DNA from: the human T2T-CHM13v2.0 reference genome, Homo sapiens
Reading direction: 5' to 3' (one strand)
Length of the DNA stretch: 64,000 nt
Assembly (NCBI RefSeq): GCF_009914755.1
Contig: NC_060925.1
Every line of letters begins with the position of its first letter. Positions within the stretch are counted from its first letter, which is position 1. Positions 42,095 through 57,385 of the stretch are shown here, one piece after another. A program made the position numbers and the translations under genes. Under the pieces are notes generated by a model. That model did no database searches, was not told the DNA's origin, and saw nothing but the letters and a program-made list of their open reading frames with translations.

Positions 42095-42208
42095 GGAAGG
42101 GGAGGGAAGGAAAGGGAGAGAAAGAGAGGAGAAATTGGAGGAAGGAGGGAGAAGGGGAGGCAGGGAAGCGGGGAAAGGGAGGGTGGGAAGGGAAGTGGGC
42201 AAGGGAGA
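42095..42208 (+). repeat. Purine-rich GA tract with multiple G-runs
   Basis: Nearly pure A/G; eight GGG runs in 42163-42205. Confidence 0.8.
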
Positions 42209-43228
42209 CTTTCTTCAAAATCCTCTTGCCGTCTCCCTCAGCACTTTATGATATAGATTAATTTAAGCTTTCTCTCAACAAATAAGAATGCTTTCTCTCT
42301 GGAAAAAAAAAAGGAGAGAAAAGGGGGCTAGATGGCAAGTTGATTTTGATGGGCTGGAGAAAAAGGAAAATGTATAAACACTCTCAATTTAATAAATTTT
42401 GTCCCCTTACATAGCAACATGTCCGACACTATGCCTCACACAATGTCATTGATTGATAAAATGAAGAATAAATTATAAAATAAAATAGTCTGTAGGAAAA
42501 AATCTTGTAAATGAAGCATTATGATCATCATAATCATGTTATTTTGGGCTTTCCCTAGTGTGTGATGTCTTGGAATCCCCAATCAGTCTTCATTTATTCA
42601 ACATTCTGAGGCTCTGAGGACCTCAAAAGGAACCCTAATTTTAGTTGAGAATTGACTCTGACTCCACACTACCACTGTTCATTTCATAAATACATTCCAG
42701 TCCAGAAGGACAGTATTTTGAAACATCATCTATGTATTTTTCATCCCTGGTTATTTAGTAGCCTGTGTTGCCCAAAGGCCCTCCTCCCTCAAGGTTTGAG
42801 TTATCCATGGCTTGGGAAGTGGGGTGGGGTGGAGTGGGAAACAGAACGAAGCATTCAGTTTTCAAGAAACAATGGGTTTGATATTCAAGCTCAACTTTTT
42901 AAATTCACAGAAAACACAATAATCTTGAAAGCCCTGGTTTCCCAGTGTCAGAGCCAAGCTCTTCAGAAAATGGGTCTTTCTGAACTCCATAGAGTAGACA
43001 GAATGGAAGATATGAAGTGGTAGCAATTTTCCTCTACTGGAGGAGGAAAAGCTCAAAGAAAATCACAGAAGGGAGTTACATGTAGGTGAATGTCCTGAAA
43101 GGACCCCACCTGTCCCTTCCAGGGTACCTGCCAGGTGGTTGCCTTTCAGAATTCTAAGTCAGGGGAAAGGGCCCCTTCTCTCATCAAACGATCCTCCACT
43201 CTATTGGAGAGGGTACAGCTTTCTTCAC

Positions 43229-43270
43229 TGCACACACAGACACACGCACACACATGCACACACATACATG
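43229..43270 (+). repeat. Degenerate (CA)n microsatellite
   Basis: TGCACACACAGACACACGCACACACATGCACACACATACATG. Confidence 0.75.
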
Positions 43271-44559
43271 TAACCCTGGAAATTTCAGAGGATCACAGTG
43301 GATAGCAAGAACTGAATAAAGCCACAAGTTTATTGGGCAGTGGGCAGGGTCACATGGACTGAACCAACAAGACAGACCATGTGTTACACCAACCAGAGCC
43401 ACTCAGACAACCAATGCAGTGAGAACAGAGGATGATGCCCCCAGATCAGACAGGACCAACTACTGCACACCACGATTTAGCCAGGACCAAAACCAACACA
43501 CAAGCCAGACAGAAACCTTCTCCGCACATTTGTTGCTTTGATTCCATAAGCTTCTACCTGCACACCAGGTGCCATCCCAGATAGGAGAAGAGAAAAGAAC
43601 ACTTGAGAAGGGAAGATGATCCTGATATGAAGTTAGAATTTTAAAGTGACTGAGTTTTAATTGTTTGAGCAATTAATGAAAAGAGACTACACATTCAGCC
43701 AGAATTTGACTAAGCTATCTTTAAGTGTCAAGATTAAATCTTTCCACAATAGCAAAAATGGGGCTAGTGACAGTTACAGAAAAACACTGTCACATTTCTG
43801 CACATTTGAGTTGTGACTAAGCTTCAATTCCACTACATGTTTTGGTTTTGGGCAACAGTAAGAGCAAAACAGTTGAAGTCTACTTCTCACGGAGCTTCCA
43901 GTCCTGTGGGAATCCAGTCATTAAACAGGCAGTCCTACAAATAACTGCAGAACCACACCTGTGCCGGGGCTATGACAGGAAAGCACCGGGAGGAAAGCGA
44001 GGACCCCCAACCCAAACCACCTCTCCTGCCTGCTGACAATCATGTCAGCACTGCAGCGTTTCTAAATGAATTCTGTTGGTGGGTCATTGCTTTCCCTCTT
44101 AATCCTTTTTTAAATGCAGAGATCTGTGGGAGGAGGTACTGAAGTTGCTAACATATCAATTTTTAGAGTTTAATAACTCTTGTTCTGTTTAAACATCAAA
44201 AAGCAGGAAAGTTCTGAAAGGGCCCTGGGGAAGGCAGGGAGGAATTAACTAGGGAATGCTCAGAGCTGGAGCTCCCACCCCAACCTGACTGTGTGCAAGT
44301 TTGCCCAGGGTTGCTGTGGTGTGTTTGTCACCCTGTGGGTATGACCTGATACTTTATGAACTAGCTGATACAGACAGCACCGAGCTGTTGGGATACCTGT
44401 GACTCCCAGAAAGAATTTTAGTCTCTTTCCTAAACTCAGAGGACCTCAGCTTTGATACTAGTGTCCAGTGGAATGCCAGGTCTTTCTTCCAGGGAGAAGA
44501 GAAGACTCAGCCAGAAAACCCTCTCACTTTCAGGAAGGAGAGAGATTTAACCATTGTGG

Positions 44560-44760
44560 TTGAATTCATTGCTCTGAATTTCAGCTAAACTTGGACTTAG
44601 CCACTTACCAAATGAACTTTGATAGTTAACCAAAGTTAACCTAGTTAGCAAGCTAGTTAACCTCTCCAAACCTAAAATGGGAATAATAAATGTAGTTATC
44701 TCATAGGGTCGTTGTGGGATGAAATGAATCACTCTCTGCAACAGCTGACAACAAGCTTTA
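44560..44760 (+). mobile_element. MIR
   Basis: TAAAATGGGAATAATAAATGTAGTTATCTCATAGGGTCGTTGTGGGATGAAATGA. Confidence 0.65.
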
Positions 44761-44849
44761 CCTGCTGCTTACCAGACTTCAGAGAGGCAGTGATATGGCG
44801 GCCAGCCTCGGCTACCCGGACAGGGCTGGGGTTGTCCATGCCAGTGCCA

Positions 44850-45002
44850 CACAGGATCAGTGTCGCCTGGGAGCTTGTTAGAACTGCAAAGTTTCTGGCC
44901 CCACCCCAGACCTGTGGAATAAGAATCTCTGAGAATCTGTGTTTTACAGGCTTAACAAGCTTCCTGGTGATTTTTATGCACACTCAGGTTTGAGGAGCAC
45001 AG
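44850..45002. mobile_element. MER5A
   Basis: GCCTGGGAGCTTGTTAGAACTGCAAA...CCCACCCCAGACCT...GGTTTGAGGAGCAC. Confidence 0.75.
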
Positions 45003-45799
45003 CTCTCTGTAATCACAGATAAGCTTGAAGTCATCCACAGTGTGTGAGTAAAGCATTTGAGAAGGGACAGGGTGTTGAGTTCTTACTAGCAGAGTAGTCT
45101 TAGACAAGCCCTTTATTCCCTGAAGGCAGTGAAACCTGTCTCAGGTATCTAATAAGATTGATGAGAGCACCCAATAATATGCCTAAAAGGCCTTTACAAT
45201 TTATAAAAAATGTGGAAGTGTAACAGTGCATTATTATTACCCCTGCATTTGTAACAGGGCTCTTTAAAGGGAAAATAGCCGACTCTTTGGCATTTCTTCC
45301 CCTGCTTGGCAAAACCTCCTTCTACTTTAGGAAGATTGTAAGAACATTGACCCAGAATTCCCTGCATGTTTCCTTGGAAATGCAAGCTAACTCTGACAGC
45401 TAAAATCACTACACAGTGTATCATAAGATCGCCGCAGCTCAGGCCCGACAGCTACACCCTCTGTCCTCCACTGTGCACAGTCAGCCCAGAAGGGCAGGGC
45501 TCCCTGTGCCTCAGGTGCTTTCTGCTGATGCAGCATCACTTTCAGGGGGCCTAGGATTGGAATAAAGACCAATGGGTAGAAGCCACAAGGAGTTGAGTTT
45601 CATACCCAAAAAAGAAAGCACTTTGCAGCTGTCAGAGCTGCCCAAACATGGCATGAACTTCCCTTGCAGGCAGGGAGTAGGATCCCTGGCCCAGGGGATG
45701 GTTGCTCATAGGCCCTGGCCCTCCCTTAGGGCTGCTTTATCATTCCCTTTCACTCATCGTTCTTAGTTGCAGTGTGCTCTGCCTGACACCTGAGGGGTC

Positions 45800-46200
45800 T
45801 TCTTCAAAATACCTCTAATTCCCTTCTTTAATTCAGGCAGGATTTGTTCATCACTTGCCATGTGGAGGCACTGTCCTAGCTGCTCAGGATGAAGGGCTTT
45901 GTGCTGACAGCTGAGATCTGAATCACGAGAAGGATCCAGCCATGGGACAACATGTGGATGAGTATTTCGGGCCAAGGGGACAGCAGTGATGAGGCAGTGA
46001 CTGAGGTGGGAACCCAGGAGCTCAGTGAGAGGAGACAAGGGGCAAGAGGGAAGGAAGGAAGGAGAAAAATGCACGGAGGGAGCAAGTCCTGTAGGGAAGT
46101 CTTTGTGAGCCAGTGGAAAGGTCTAGGATTTGTTCTCTCTCTCTAAGTTTCCACTGCAGCACTTCAGCAGGCCTGCCAATTGCCAGTATCATCAAGGTTT
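45800..46200 (-). mobile_element. L2 relic
   Basis: GCTGAGATCTGAATCACGAGAAGGA...TTTCGGGCCAAGGGGACAGCAG. Confidence 0.55.
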
Positions 46201-46524
46201 CTTTGTGGAGCACCTACTTCCTGTGCAAGCCTCGGAAACCAGGGCCCGGTCCTCCCAACCAGCGGCTGCTTCCTCTGAACGCCTTCAAGTCTGCCCTGTG
46301 CTTTCAGAATCTGTCTTCATCCAGCACCATTGAAAACCTCAGGTTTGACAGCAGATTGCTTTCCTTCAGATCTACTGGCTGGTCACAGAATTGGTCTCTT
46401 TTTCTTTTCTCAGTCCTTTCCTTGTGATGAAACATGGGCATATTGGACTTGGGTCCAAAGGTAGCTGGGGAAAAGGAAGGCCCATCTGTGTGGGAGGCAA
46501 CATCACACAGCAGTGATGAGCCCA

Positions 46525-46770
46525 GGTCTGGGGCCTCATTGCCTGTGTTCCAGTGCAGGCAGTTCTCACTTACCAGCTGTGTGGCCTTGACCAATTCACT
46601 CATGCCCTTGGTGCCTCAGTTTTGCTATATATAAAATAAGAATAACGATAGCTCCTGCTTCATGGGAGCTGATATTTTTCATGGGAGATTTTCATGGGAG
46701 ACTGATATTTTTCACATAACGAACTTAGAACAATGGCTGGCACTTAGTATGTGCTTGATACGCATGAAGG
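46525..46770 (+). mobile_element. MIR with an internal short tandem triplication (46659-46714)
   Basis: CACTTACCAGCTGTGTGGCCTTG...GTGCCTCAGTTT...; TCATGGGAG repeated three times. Confidence 0.75.
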
Positions 46771-47769
46771 CTTATTCAGCCCAGACTTTGGCTTTTCCCA
46801 AGTTTCAGCATTCATTCAACACCAGACAAATATCTGCTAAGCATCTAGTATGCACCAGGCTCCCTGCTGGGTATGGTTTCTTGGAAAGGGCTTTGGACTA
46901 GAATCAGAAGGCCACATTCTGGTCTCAGTTTTGCTGCAAGCTAGGCAACCAAGGTCGAACCACATCATCTCTCCATCTTCAGGTTTCTTCTCCTTTATAG
47001 GAGTGCACTGAACCACGTGATGTCTGAGGACCATTCTGGTCCTGGCAAGCAATAAATGACTGCTTTCAAGAAGAACACTGCCTACAGTCCTCCCCAGAAT
47101 CCGGATGGCCCTCTGGCCACTCACGTCCACTGGGTCCCAGTGTGTGAGCACATGCCCCTGCGAGAAGAAGTCCTGATCACTGCCTTGTGCTGGGGATAAA
47201 ATATTGATTAGGGAATTTAAAATTTCAAAATGATTCAGGAGCCCCAAGATGGGGACATAATGTGCTGTGCCTATCTACGTTATGAGCCATCTATCTCCTG
47301 TCAGCAAGCAGCCAGAAACTGACAGAATCAATACAAACGTGTCTGAAGACAGGCTTAACTCATTTCCTTCCCCCTGGGGCTCTGGTTGGAGTGGGACAGT
47401 CCTGAGAGATCCACACTGAGGCCAGGACCTTCACACCCACCTGCTTGTCACTGGGAGGCAGAGCTGTGCAGTGCTGCCTATTTTCACTGCCTCCTCTGCT
47501 GATGCAGGTATCTCTGCTAGTGCGTCTGGAAATCTAAAACTTCCATTGTCTTCTTTCCCTCTCTAACAGTCTAAATAAGATGTCTGGCCTGTGGCCTGGA
47601 AATAAAATAATAATAATAGCTTTCTTATATTAAGCACTTGAAATGTGCCAAGTATCTTAAAAGAGTCATCATTATTTAACTTCTCAGAGCATCAGCTTCC
47701 CTATCTGTGAAAGAAAGATAATAATAACACCTTCCTCATAGGATTGATGTAAGAATAAGGCAGACACAT

Positions 47770-47859
47770 GGTGACTGTAGTTAATGCCACTGAGAGTGAT
47801 TAAAATTGTAAATTTTATGGTGTGTATAATTTACCACAATAAAAAAATAACAAAAAAAG
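47770..47859 (+). mobile_element. Old L1M 3' tail
   Basis: TTAATGCCACTGA...GTAAATTTTATG...TTTACCACAATAAAAAAA. Confidence 0.65.
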
Positions 47860-48723
47860 GTAAAAGCAGATAAACTACATCATATAGTGCAAAGAAAGTT
47901 CTCCATAAATGGCAGCTGCTGAGAAAACTGGAATGCAGAGCTTCAGCAACCCGAAACATGTCCAAGATAACAGCTTCAAAGTGGCAGAACCAGCATTTGA
48001 ACACACATCTGCCTGATGTTGAAACCAGACCATTGTCCTGCAAACTGCACTGTATCACAGAGAAAGAAGAGGGGTGCTTCATGGACATGTCCTTGTCTGC
48101 CAGGTTCTCTTGCTGCTGCTCCCATTTCCCCACCGGCATCCCAGGTGCTTGCATTACTCTGTGAGGTTAATAAAGATGTTATTCCCAGGGAATGCCCTTG
48201 CTCCTCCCTGCCTCAAACATGGTTCTTTCCACCTGAAACATTTATTAAACATGCTGAAAGGCTTAAATAGGAATTTAATTTTTCTAGCTAAACAATGGCG
48301 TGTGCAGCAGACCAATAGAATTACTTGTTTAATCTTACTCTTGCACTCCTACTCAGCTTCACATGGCTGGTTAATCCCAGGAGCAGCATGACATGCCAAG
48401 ATTTAGTATACTAAGGAGCACATCTATTAAAAAAAAAAAAACCTACTTATTATATTAAGAAAATGCCCACCTGTAGGTTCTTTTAACTCAGGATTTTTTT
48501 CATGATGAATTTATCTTCCTAAGGACTAAGGTACTAAAGCCAGTTTTACCCAAGGCTGCGTTGACCCACTTACCATACAAGATAGAGACCTACTCTGGTT
48601 TCTCACTCTAAGCCTGACCCCTCTAGGAGAACTAACTTCTTCCTCCATTGACGCCCCCTGAATCATGCCACTTCTAATGCTGGATTGCCTTCTCTTTTTT
48701 GTGCTTCTGTTTTGTACTCTGTC

Positions 48724-48830
48724 TTCTACTCTGTTTTCTCACTCTACACCTCGAATCTTCAAATCTTAGTGTAGCAATTTCTACTCTGTTTTCTCACTCT
48801 AAACCTCGAATCTTCAAATCTTAATGTAGC
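48724..48830 (+). repeat. Direct tandem duplication, 55-bp period
   Basis: 52-bp copies at 48724-48775 and 48779-48830 with 2 mismatches and an AAT spacer. Confidence 0.92.
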
Positions 48831-48894
48831 CTTTGCTTAATCATAATCTATCTTTTATTCAACCTCTTCCTACTCTCTTTTTTTCTATTTATCA

Positions 48895-50060
<1,166 letters not shown>

Positions 50061-50604
50061 GCGATAATGAGTACATTTTGTATTTCTGGGCCATTTCCTT
50101 GAATCTCCATTTCTACAGTTCAATGACAGGGCATTGTCTACGCTTGCATCTAAGCTCAGAGACACAACAGGTGGAGATTTCACAACACAGGCACCAGAGG
50201 TGAAGGAGAAAATGCATGTTAGCCAGACCTCTCAATCACTGTTTCTTTCCTTTGTGGAACACCAAGGACAGCAAGGAAGTGTGAGTAGTGACTGTGTGTT
50301 TATTTTGTTTCTGTTTGGTGAAGGGTGGTGTTCTTTCATTTTCTTGTGTTTTCCTAATTCCATGGCAGAAACACCAAGACCCATCTTTGATGATGAAAAA
50401 TGATCTAGAACTGTGCTCTAGCAGGCCCGTAACCATAGCTTTTAATTTTGTGATCCCCTTTCCACTTTAGATGTTACAAAGTAAAATAAACTGGGTAGAG
50501 AGAACAATTCATGTATACAATATCCTGCAAAGAAAGAATAGTGAGCTAGATTGTATTATCATTCTGAATTGTTCACTCTTCCTTTCTGAGAAATACGCAT
50601 CCCT

Positions 50605-51284
<680 letters not shown>

Positions 51285-51879
51285 TGTGGGAAGCTATCCA
51301 TACAAGGCCCCAAGAAACAGGCATATGGGGTTTGAATGCTTAAGACTTTGCCAACCAGAACAGAAGTTGTGGACAAATGACTAAAAGAAAAGGGGCACTC
51401 ATTTTTTCCAAAGTCATGGCCCATTTAGAGCAATGAAGCGAGTTTCCAAGCTTGCATGCACTGCACAAAGTCCCTCAGATTTCTCACAAAAGGCCTTTGG
51501 TGATCATCCTTCTGTTGGGGGAGAGAAACTGGTAGGGTTTCCAAGTTCCCTAAATTAAAATTATTCAGTTGAAGCCTGATACTAAATAAATCTAGGAAAA
51601 ATAAATTGAGTTGACTTCATACTTTACATTTTTTTCATTCACAAACTTGACCATTTCTAACTGTGAAACACACCAACGCAGTAGACCATCTGCCACTTAA
51701 GTTTCTGCAAGAGTTGCTCTTAAAGCGGACAGTGATTTTTGCCTGAGGAGAATTATCTTCTTTCATGTGTTAGCTTATCTAAGAGAGACAAAGAGAAGAG
51801 TTTTTGTATTATCCTGAGGAAGACATTGCTACAAGGGGTTTCACAGTTTGTCCGAGCTTCCTTTTTAGAGATGAAAAAA

Positions 51880-51980
51880 TCACAGACAGAATTTGACTTA
51901 TACAAAGTCAGGCCTGATGCATAATAGGCACTCAATAAATAATTGTTGAACAAATGAATGAATTGAAAATTGAATGAATA
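51880..51980 (+). mobile_element. L2 3' tail
   Basis: TAGGCACTCAATAAATAATTGTTGAACAAATGAATGAA. Confidence 0.7.
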
Positions 51981-52336
51981 AAAGCTCATCCAAATTGCTG
52001 ATGGCAGGACTAGCCCTAATTAGACCTTGTATATCATATCAAATGTACATTTCACTCTGGTGAATTGTATTTTACCATTCACTCATCAGTTTATTCAATA
52101 CCCAAATTTCATTGAGCTGCTCCTATGTGCTAGATATAATGCTGGATGCTGGAGAGACAAAGATAGCTCGGGCAGGTCGCAGCCTCTGCCCTCCAAGAGC
52201 CTTCCGTCCAATGGGAGCCCCTCACCACTCTGCCTTCCTCCACCAATGCTATCTTTGGATTCTATTCCTTCGATTCTTCAATTACTCCTCCCTTCACAAG
52301 TAAAAGGTTACTACTGATATGCTAGAAGTTTTGAAG

Positions 52337-52826
52337 CAATGATTGTCAGACTATTTGGTTTCAGTACCTCTTCATATTCTTAAAGAACTTAGTGAAGACC
52401 CCAAAGGACTTTTGTTTAATGCAGTCTCTTTTTCATTTTTATAAAAACTGTTAACACTAACAATATTTACCATAATCAAAATTTAAAATGAGAAATATTT
52501 AAAATATGTATTCATTCATTTAAATAACTATAATAAACCCACTACACGTTAACAGTTTGATTTTTTAAGTATATTTTTCAAAATACAAATAATTTTAGGA
52601 AAAAGCTGGCATTGTTTTTACATTTTTTAATATCTGCTTCTGTATTCAGTCTTTTGAGATATTATAGATGAGGTAGCCTCTGGAGAAATTCTCTTGGTCA
52701 CCATGGGACTATGGAAATGAAAAAAATACCATTTTAATGTTATTTTGAAAATAGTTTTGACTCATGGACCCCTGGGAGGTCTTAAGGACTCCCAAAGATC
52801 CCTGGCCCACACTTAGAGAACCAGTG
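52337..52826 (-). mobile_element. hAT-Charlie non-autonomous element (Charlie1/MER119-like)
   Basis: GAAGACCCCAAAGGACTTTTGTTT...GAAAATAGTTTTGAC...CCACACTTAGAGAACCAGTG; subfamily uncertain. Confidence 0.75.
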
Positions 52827-53831
52827 AATACTATTTATCTTTTCTTGAAATGTAAAAAAAGGTGGGAGAGGGAATTGGAAAGTTATAAGAGAAAGGAAAA
52901 TGCTAACACCTAGGTATGTCAAACCTCTGAACAGCTGCCCATTCAGCATGTAAAGAGTCAAACTGAGACATAACCTCCCTCTATAACCACTTTTTAAGGT
53001 TGGACAGCAACTGTCCGGAAATTTTTAATACTCTACATCAGGCCTTGTGAGAGTTGAGGAAGAATCATTGCTACCCCAGTATTTCCTGCCCCATTAATCC
53101 AGTATGGTCCTCTTGAGGACCAAATGACTCATAAGAATAAAGGAAATTGGTTTAAAGAAAAAGGTACAATTAACCATGTACCAATTTCATGTCAGATAAA
53201 CACTTTCACCTTTGCAGTAATGAAAACAAGAATAATACACCCCAAAGACATTTCTAAGCCTATGGAACCTTTCTCTTGTGTATATGTTAATCAAAGGGTA
53301 CCCCCTTGTAACAAAAAGGATTTGTGAGAGATTATAAAAATAAATAAAGTACGGAATAATAAAAACAAGAATAACAACATTAAAATAAAGAAAAAAATCA
53401 ACATCTAATAGTAATATGCAGCCAGGGAGTGATAACAGAGAGAAATGCAAGATGAAGAGAGCTGAACAATTATTTAAATCATTCAAATTTGATGTCCAGA
53501 TCCTTTTTAGGCCCTAGCATAGGCAGAAACACAATTAGCTACAAGATAATTACATGCTAACTTTATCTAACATCGCTCTGCTAGCATGGACACTATGAGT
53601 CCTCACAGAGGGCACAGTAAGTGGCATAGAGAAAAAAATGTTTCTTACAACTTCCCTCAATGCAAGCTGAGGGCATAACAGTAAGGCCATTTGATCATAT
53701 ATCTAATATCTGTAATATATTAAGGGTTTTATGATTCTTGGTAATCCCCAAACTACCTTTTGCAAAGATTTTTAGTGGCTTTTCACCTTCAATGATTCCC
53801 ATCCACACTCCCCAATTTGGCATTCAGGGCC

Positions 53832-54196
53832 TGTATTAGTCTGTTCTCACACCACTATAAAGATACTACCTGAGACTAGGCAATTTATAAAGAAAGGAAG
53901 TTTAATTGACTCACAGTTCCACATGGTTAGGAGGCCTCAGGAACCTTGCAATCATGGCAGAAGGCAAAGGGGAAGCAAGGCACATCTTACATGGCAGCAA
54001 GAGAGAGAGAGAGTGCAGGGGAAACTGCCACTTTTAAAACCATCAGATCTTGTGAGAACTCTCTCACTATCACAAGAACAGCATGAGAAAAACCACCCCC
54101 ATGATCCAGTCACCTCCCACCAGGTCCCTCCCTCAACATGTGGAGATTACAATTGGAGATGAGATTTGGGTGGGGACACAGAGCCAAGCTGTATCA
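53832..54196 (-). mobile_element. THE1D/MSTA-like MaLR solo LTR
   Basis: TGTATTAGTCTGTTCTCAC...GGGGACACAGAGCCAAGCTGTATCA; TSD GGGCC/GTGCC (4 of 5 match). Confidence 0.92.
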
Positions 54197-54609
54197 GTGC
54201 CCTAATCTGGTTTTTTGAAGCTATTTTTCACTGCACTCACATCCAAACCCCCTACCCCAGACAGGCTGGTATAGTCACATCAAACCGCGATTCCTGCCTC
54301 CACCCTTTCATCTATGCCGTTTCTCCCACTGAGTACGTGCCCAATAGATATTTGTTACTTTAGGGCGTAGGCTATGATCAGAGAAATATTTACAAGTAAC
54401 CAACCTTCTCCTTAAGCTCATTTCCACTCTTTTTTGTTTACTTTGTTTTATTGTTGTTGTTTCTGGAGGAGTAGAATGGAATAGAACAAATCATGTAGGC
54501 ATGGGCACCACATCTATGATTTATTTAGTGTCTCCAAGAAGATACCCTCCCACCCCTTCCCTTCCCTCGCCAGAGTTCATTGACTAAATTCCGTGGGAGG
54601 TAATCATCA

Positions 54610-55850
54610 TCTTTGAAGAGTGATGTCTAAGCAAAGATCTAAAAAACTGAGGGAGTTTTCACATGGAAGGCAGAAAGAGCATTCAGATGAGTACATTGTG
54701 AGTGAATTTCCTCATCTATTACATGGAAGAATAACAGTTCCTACCTTGGGTGGGTGATATGAAAATTTAATCTGTTAATCCAGAGAAAGCACTTGAAATT
54801 CACCTGGCCCGTAATAAGTGCCATTAAGTTAATAGTAATTACAAAATTACTATTCCAGGCAAAAAAGACAGCATGTGCAAAACCTTGATATGTAAGGAAG
54901 TATGGTATGTCCAAGGGATGAAAGAAGATTGGCATGACTGGAGCATGGTGAATGAAGAGGAAAGGGTGGTAAGAAATTACTGGAAAGGTAATAAGGGCCC
55001 CAGCAGGCAAAGCTTTGTGAGCATGACAAGGAGTTTGGGTTTATTCTAGGGGCAATGTGAAAATTTGGAAGGTTGGATGCAAGACAGTTGCTGCTGTATG
55101 TACAACAGACTGTAGCATAGAGTAAGACCAAAAGAAAAAAAAAAGATCAATTAGGAAGTGGTTGTACTATCCCAGGTAGAAAATGAAATAAGCCAAGATT
55201 AAGGATAGCAATGGACATAGCAAGGTCTATTGCAGAATTTGAATGGATAGGCTCTGTTAATGAATATGATGTTGAGGTGTTGGGAGAGGAGTTGGGAAAT
55301 AGATACCATGATGGTACTCTTCGTACCTTGGTGATACCAAGCAGACAATTGGATTTATAAATCTAGAACTCAGAGGAGAGGCCTAGATTGAAAATATAAA
55401 TATTGGAGACATCAATGTAAAAGCTGTATTTAAATACATGGAACTTGAGTAGATCAGCTAGGAGGAGAATCTGGAGAAAAAAAGATTGAAGAACTAAGAA
55501 CAAGCTCTAATGAATTAGAGGTTGGGTGGAGAAGAAAGAATCAGCCAAGGAGACCAGGGGATATGATCAATGAAGTCAAAGTACCAGGAAAAAAAATATT
55601 ATTATGGAAGATAAGAACAAAGAGTGTTTCAAAGAGAAGGAAATCATCAACATTGCCCCCAAGCTGTTGAGAGTTCAAACAAGATGAGAGGAAAGAATCA
55701 ACCATTGGATTTGGTAACTTGGAGATCATTGGAAATCTTGGGAAAATCGAGTTCAATCAGTTGGCAGGGTCAAAGACTTGATGTGAATAGGTTGAAGAGA
55801 GATCGGGAAGTGAAGATGTGAAAAGAATGTTTGTAGGCAGCACATGGGGT
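54610..55850 (-). mobile_element. Long L2 relic (with a MIR at about 54690-54845)
   Basis: TATTCCAGGCAAAAAAGACAGCATGTGCAAA, CAGACAATTGGATTTATAAATCTAGAACTCAG, CCATTGGATTTGGTAAC. Confidence 0.75.
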
Positions 55851-57154
55851 CAGGGAAGGAGTTCTGTCATGATGGATTACTGGTATTTATAAGGAGTAAA
55901 CTTGAGGTTCCATGATTTTATCTTGCAAATTTCTAAGCTCAGTCACCAAAGCCAAAATGGATTATGTCTTTTGTCCCCTAAGAGGGACCATGAAATTGTA
56001 GGAAAACACTGACAGGGCAAGTGCTAGTAGTCTCATCTGGACATTCCTCCTGATTTTTCCCCTCTGTAGCTATTATTTTACTTTTCTAGGCTCAGTAGCA
56101 CATTCTTAAAGCTCCCCCCCATCCCAACATCAAAATAACTTTCTATGATATATCACAGAAATTAATTTAATTTGCACAATTTTTGGCTGGAAGACACGTG
56201 TTCCGTATGTTTTCATCCCAGCCTGAATGCCATAACATGCCCCTCTGTCACCTGGATGCAGAATAAATCGTTAAATTTCAGTGCACCAAATCAGTGTTCA
56301 TTTAGATAGATGCTAGAATGAGCCAAATATACTCATTTAAACATCAATAAACCTGACCTCCAGCTGAGTTCATTTGTGCAGAGGGAGGTAGGATGAATTC
56401 AAGGAACATCAGAGAACCCCGTTAGCTCTCAAGATGTTATTAAAGAGAAGGAAGCACCAGCCTCCTACCAACAGCTCCTAAATGTGATCACTTTCAATTT
56501 GCTCAATTCAGTGGATAAGTGATATACAGATTTGAGGCTTGGAACAAATCGTAACAAGAATTTCAATGCTGTAATGTTCTAGCAAGAACCGAGAGCACAT
56601 ATCCCCATCCCTCCCTGCTGAATTAATTTGGACCCATTGTGGCTGGTTAGTCTGCAAAAACCAAGATCTGCTTCTATCATCAATTCACCAGAATATACTG
56701 GCTCTCCAATCTCCAAATGCTGTTTGGCTATTGATTTTTTTTCTCTACTTTATCTAAGGGCTGTAGAATGCCCACTGTACATAATGTCATCACAGAAGAG
56801 AATAGAAAGCCAATTCTCAAGATTCTGTTTAAACCTTATATATTAAGGTAATCATTGGTTAATTTGAAAATAGAGGTTTTTCCTTGAATTAAGTCATTAG
56901 TGGCCATAAAGTAAAATGCTAATATAGATTTCCACAAGAATATTTAGGTTTCGAGCTCCTTTCATGCCACCCAAAACTGGAGGCTCAGTAAGCATTTTCA
57001 TTAAAGTACTTTATCAAGGCTTTCTTTTTAACCTAACAAATTCTTTCTAACTGAACAAATGAGTAAAACCATAATTAATGAATGTCCTAGCTGTTTATCC
57101 TTGTTCTAAACATTAATCATTTAAAAATAATAGAGTGGGGAGGGAGACAGAAAG

Positions 57155-57385
57155 GAATCTAATGTTTACTTGAGTTTTCAATGCGGGCTAGGAGCTGTGT
57201 TAGGTCCTCTCCTTTCCATAACTGATTTAATTCATATGCCTTTCATAAAAAGTAAGTATTATCACCACTGTTTACTAATGCGGAAGCAGGATCTGGCATG
57301 TTAAGTGATTTGCCCAAGGTCACACATCTAGTAAAAATTGAATCAAGATTTGGCTGATCCTAAAGCCCATACGCTCTTCCCATCC
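57155..57385 (-). mobile_element. MIR
   Basis: GTTAAGTGATTTGCCCAAGGTCACACATCTAGTAA. Confidence 0.75.
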
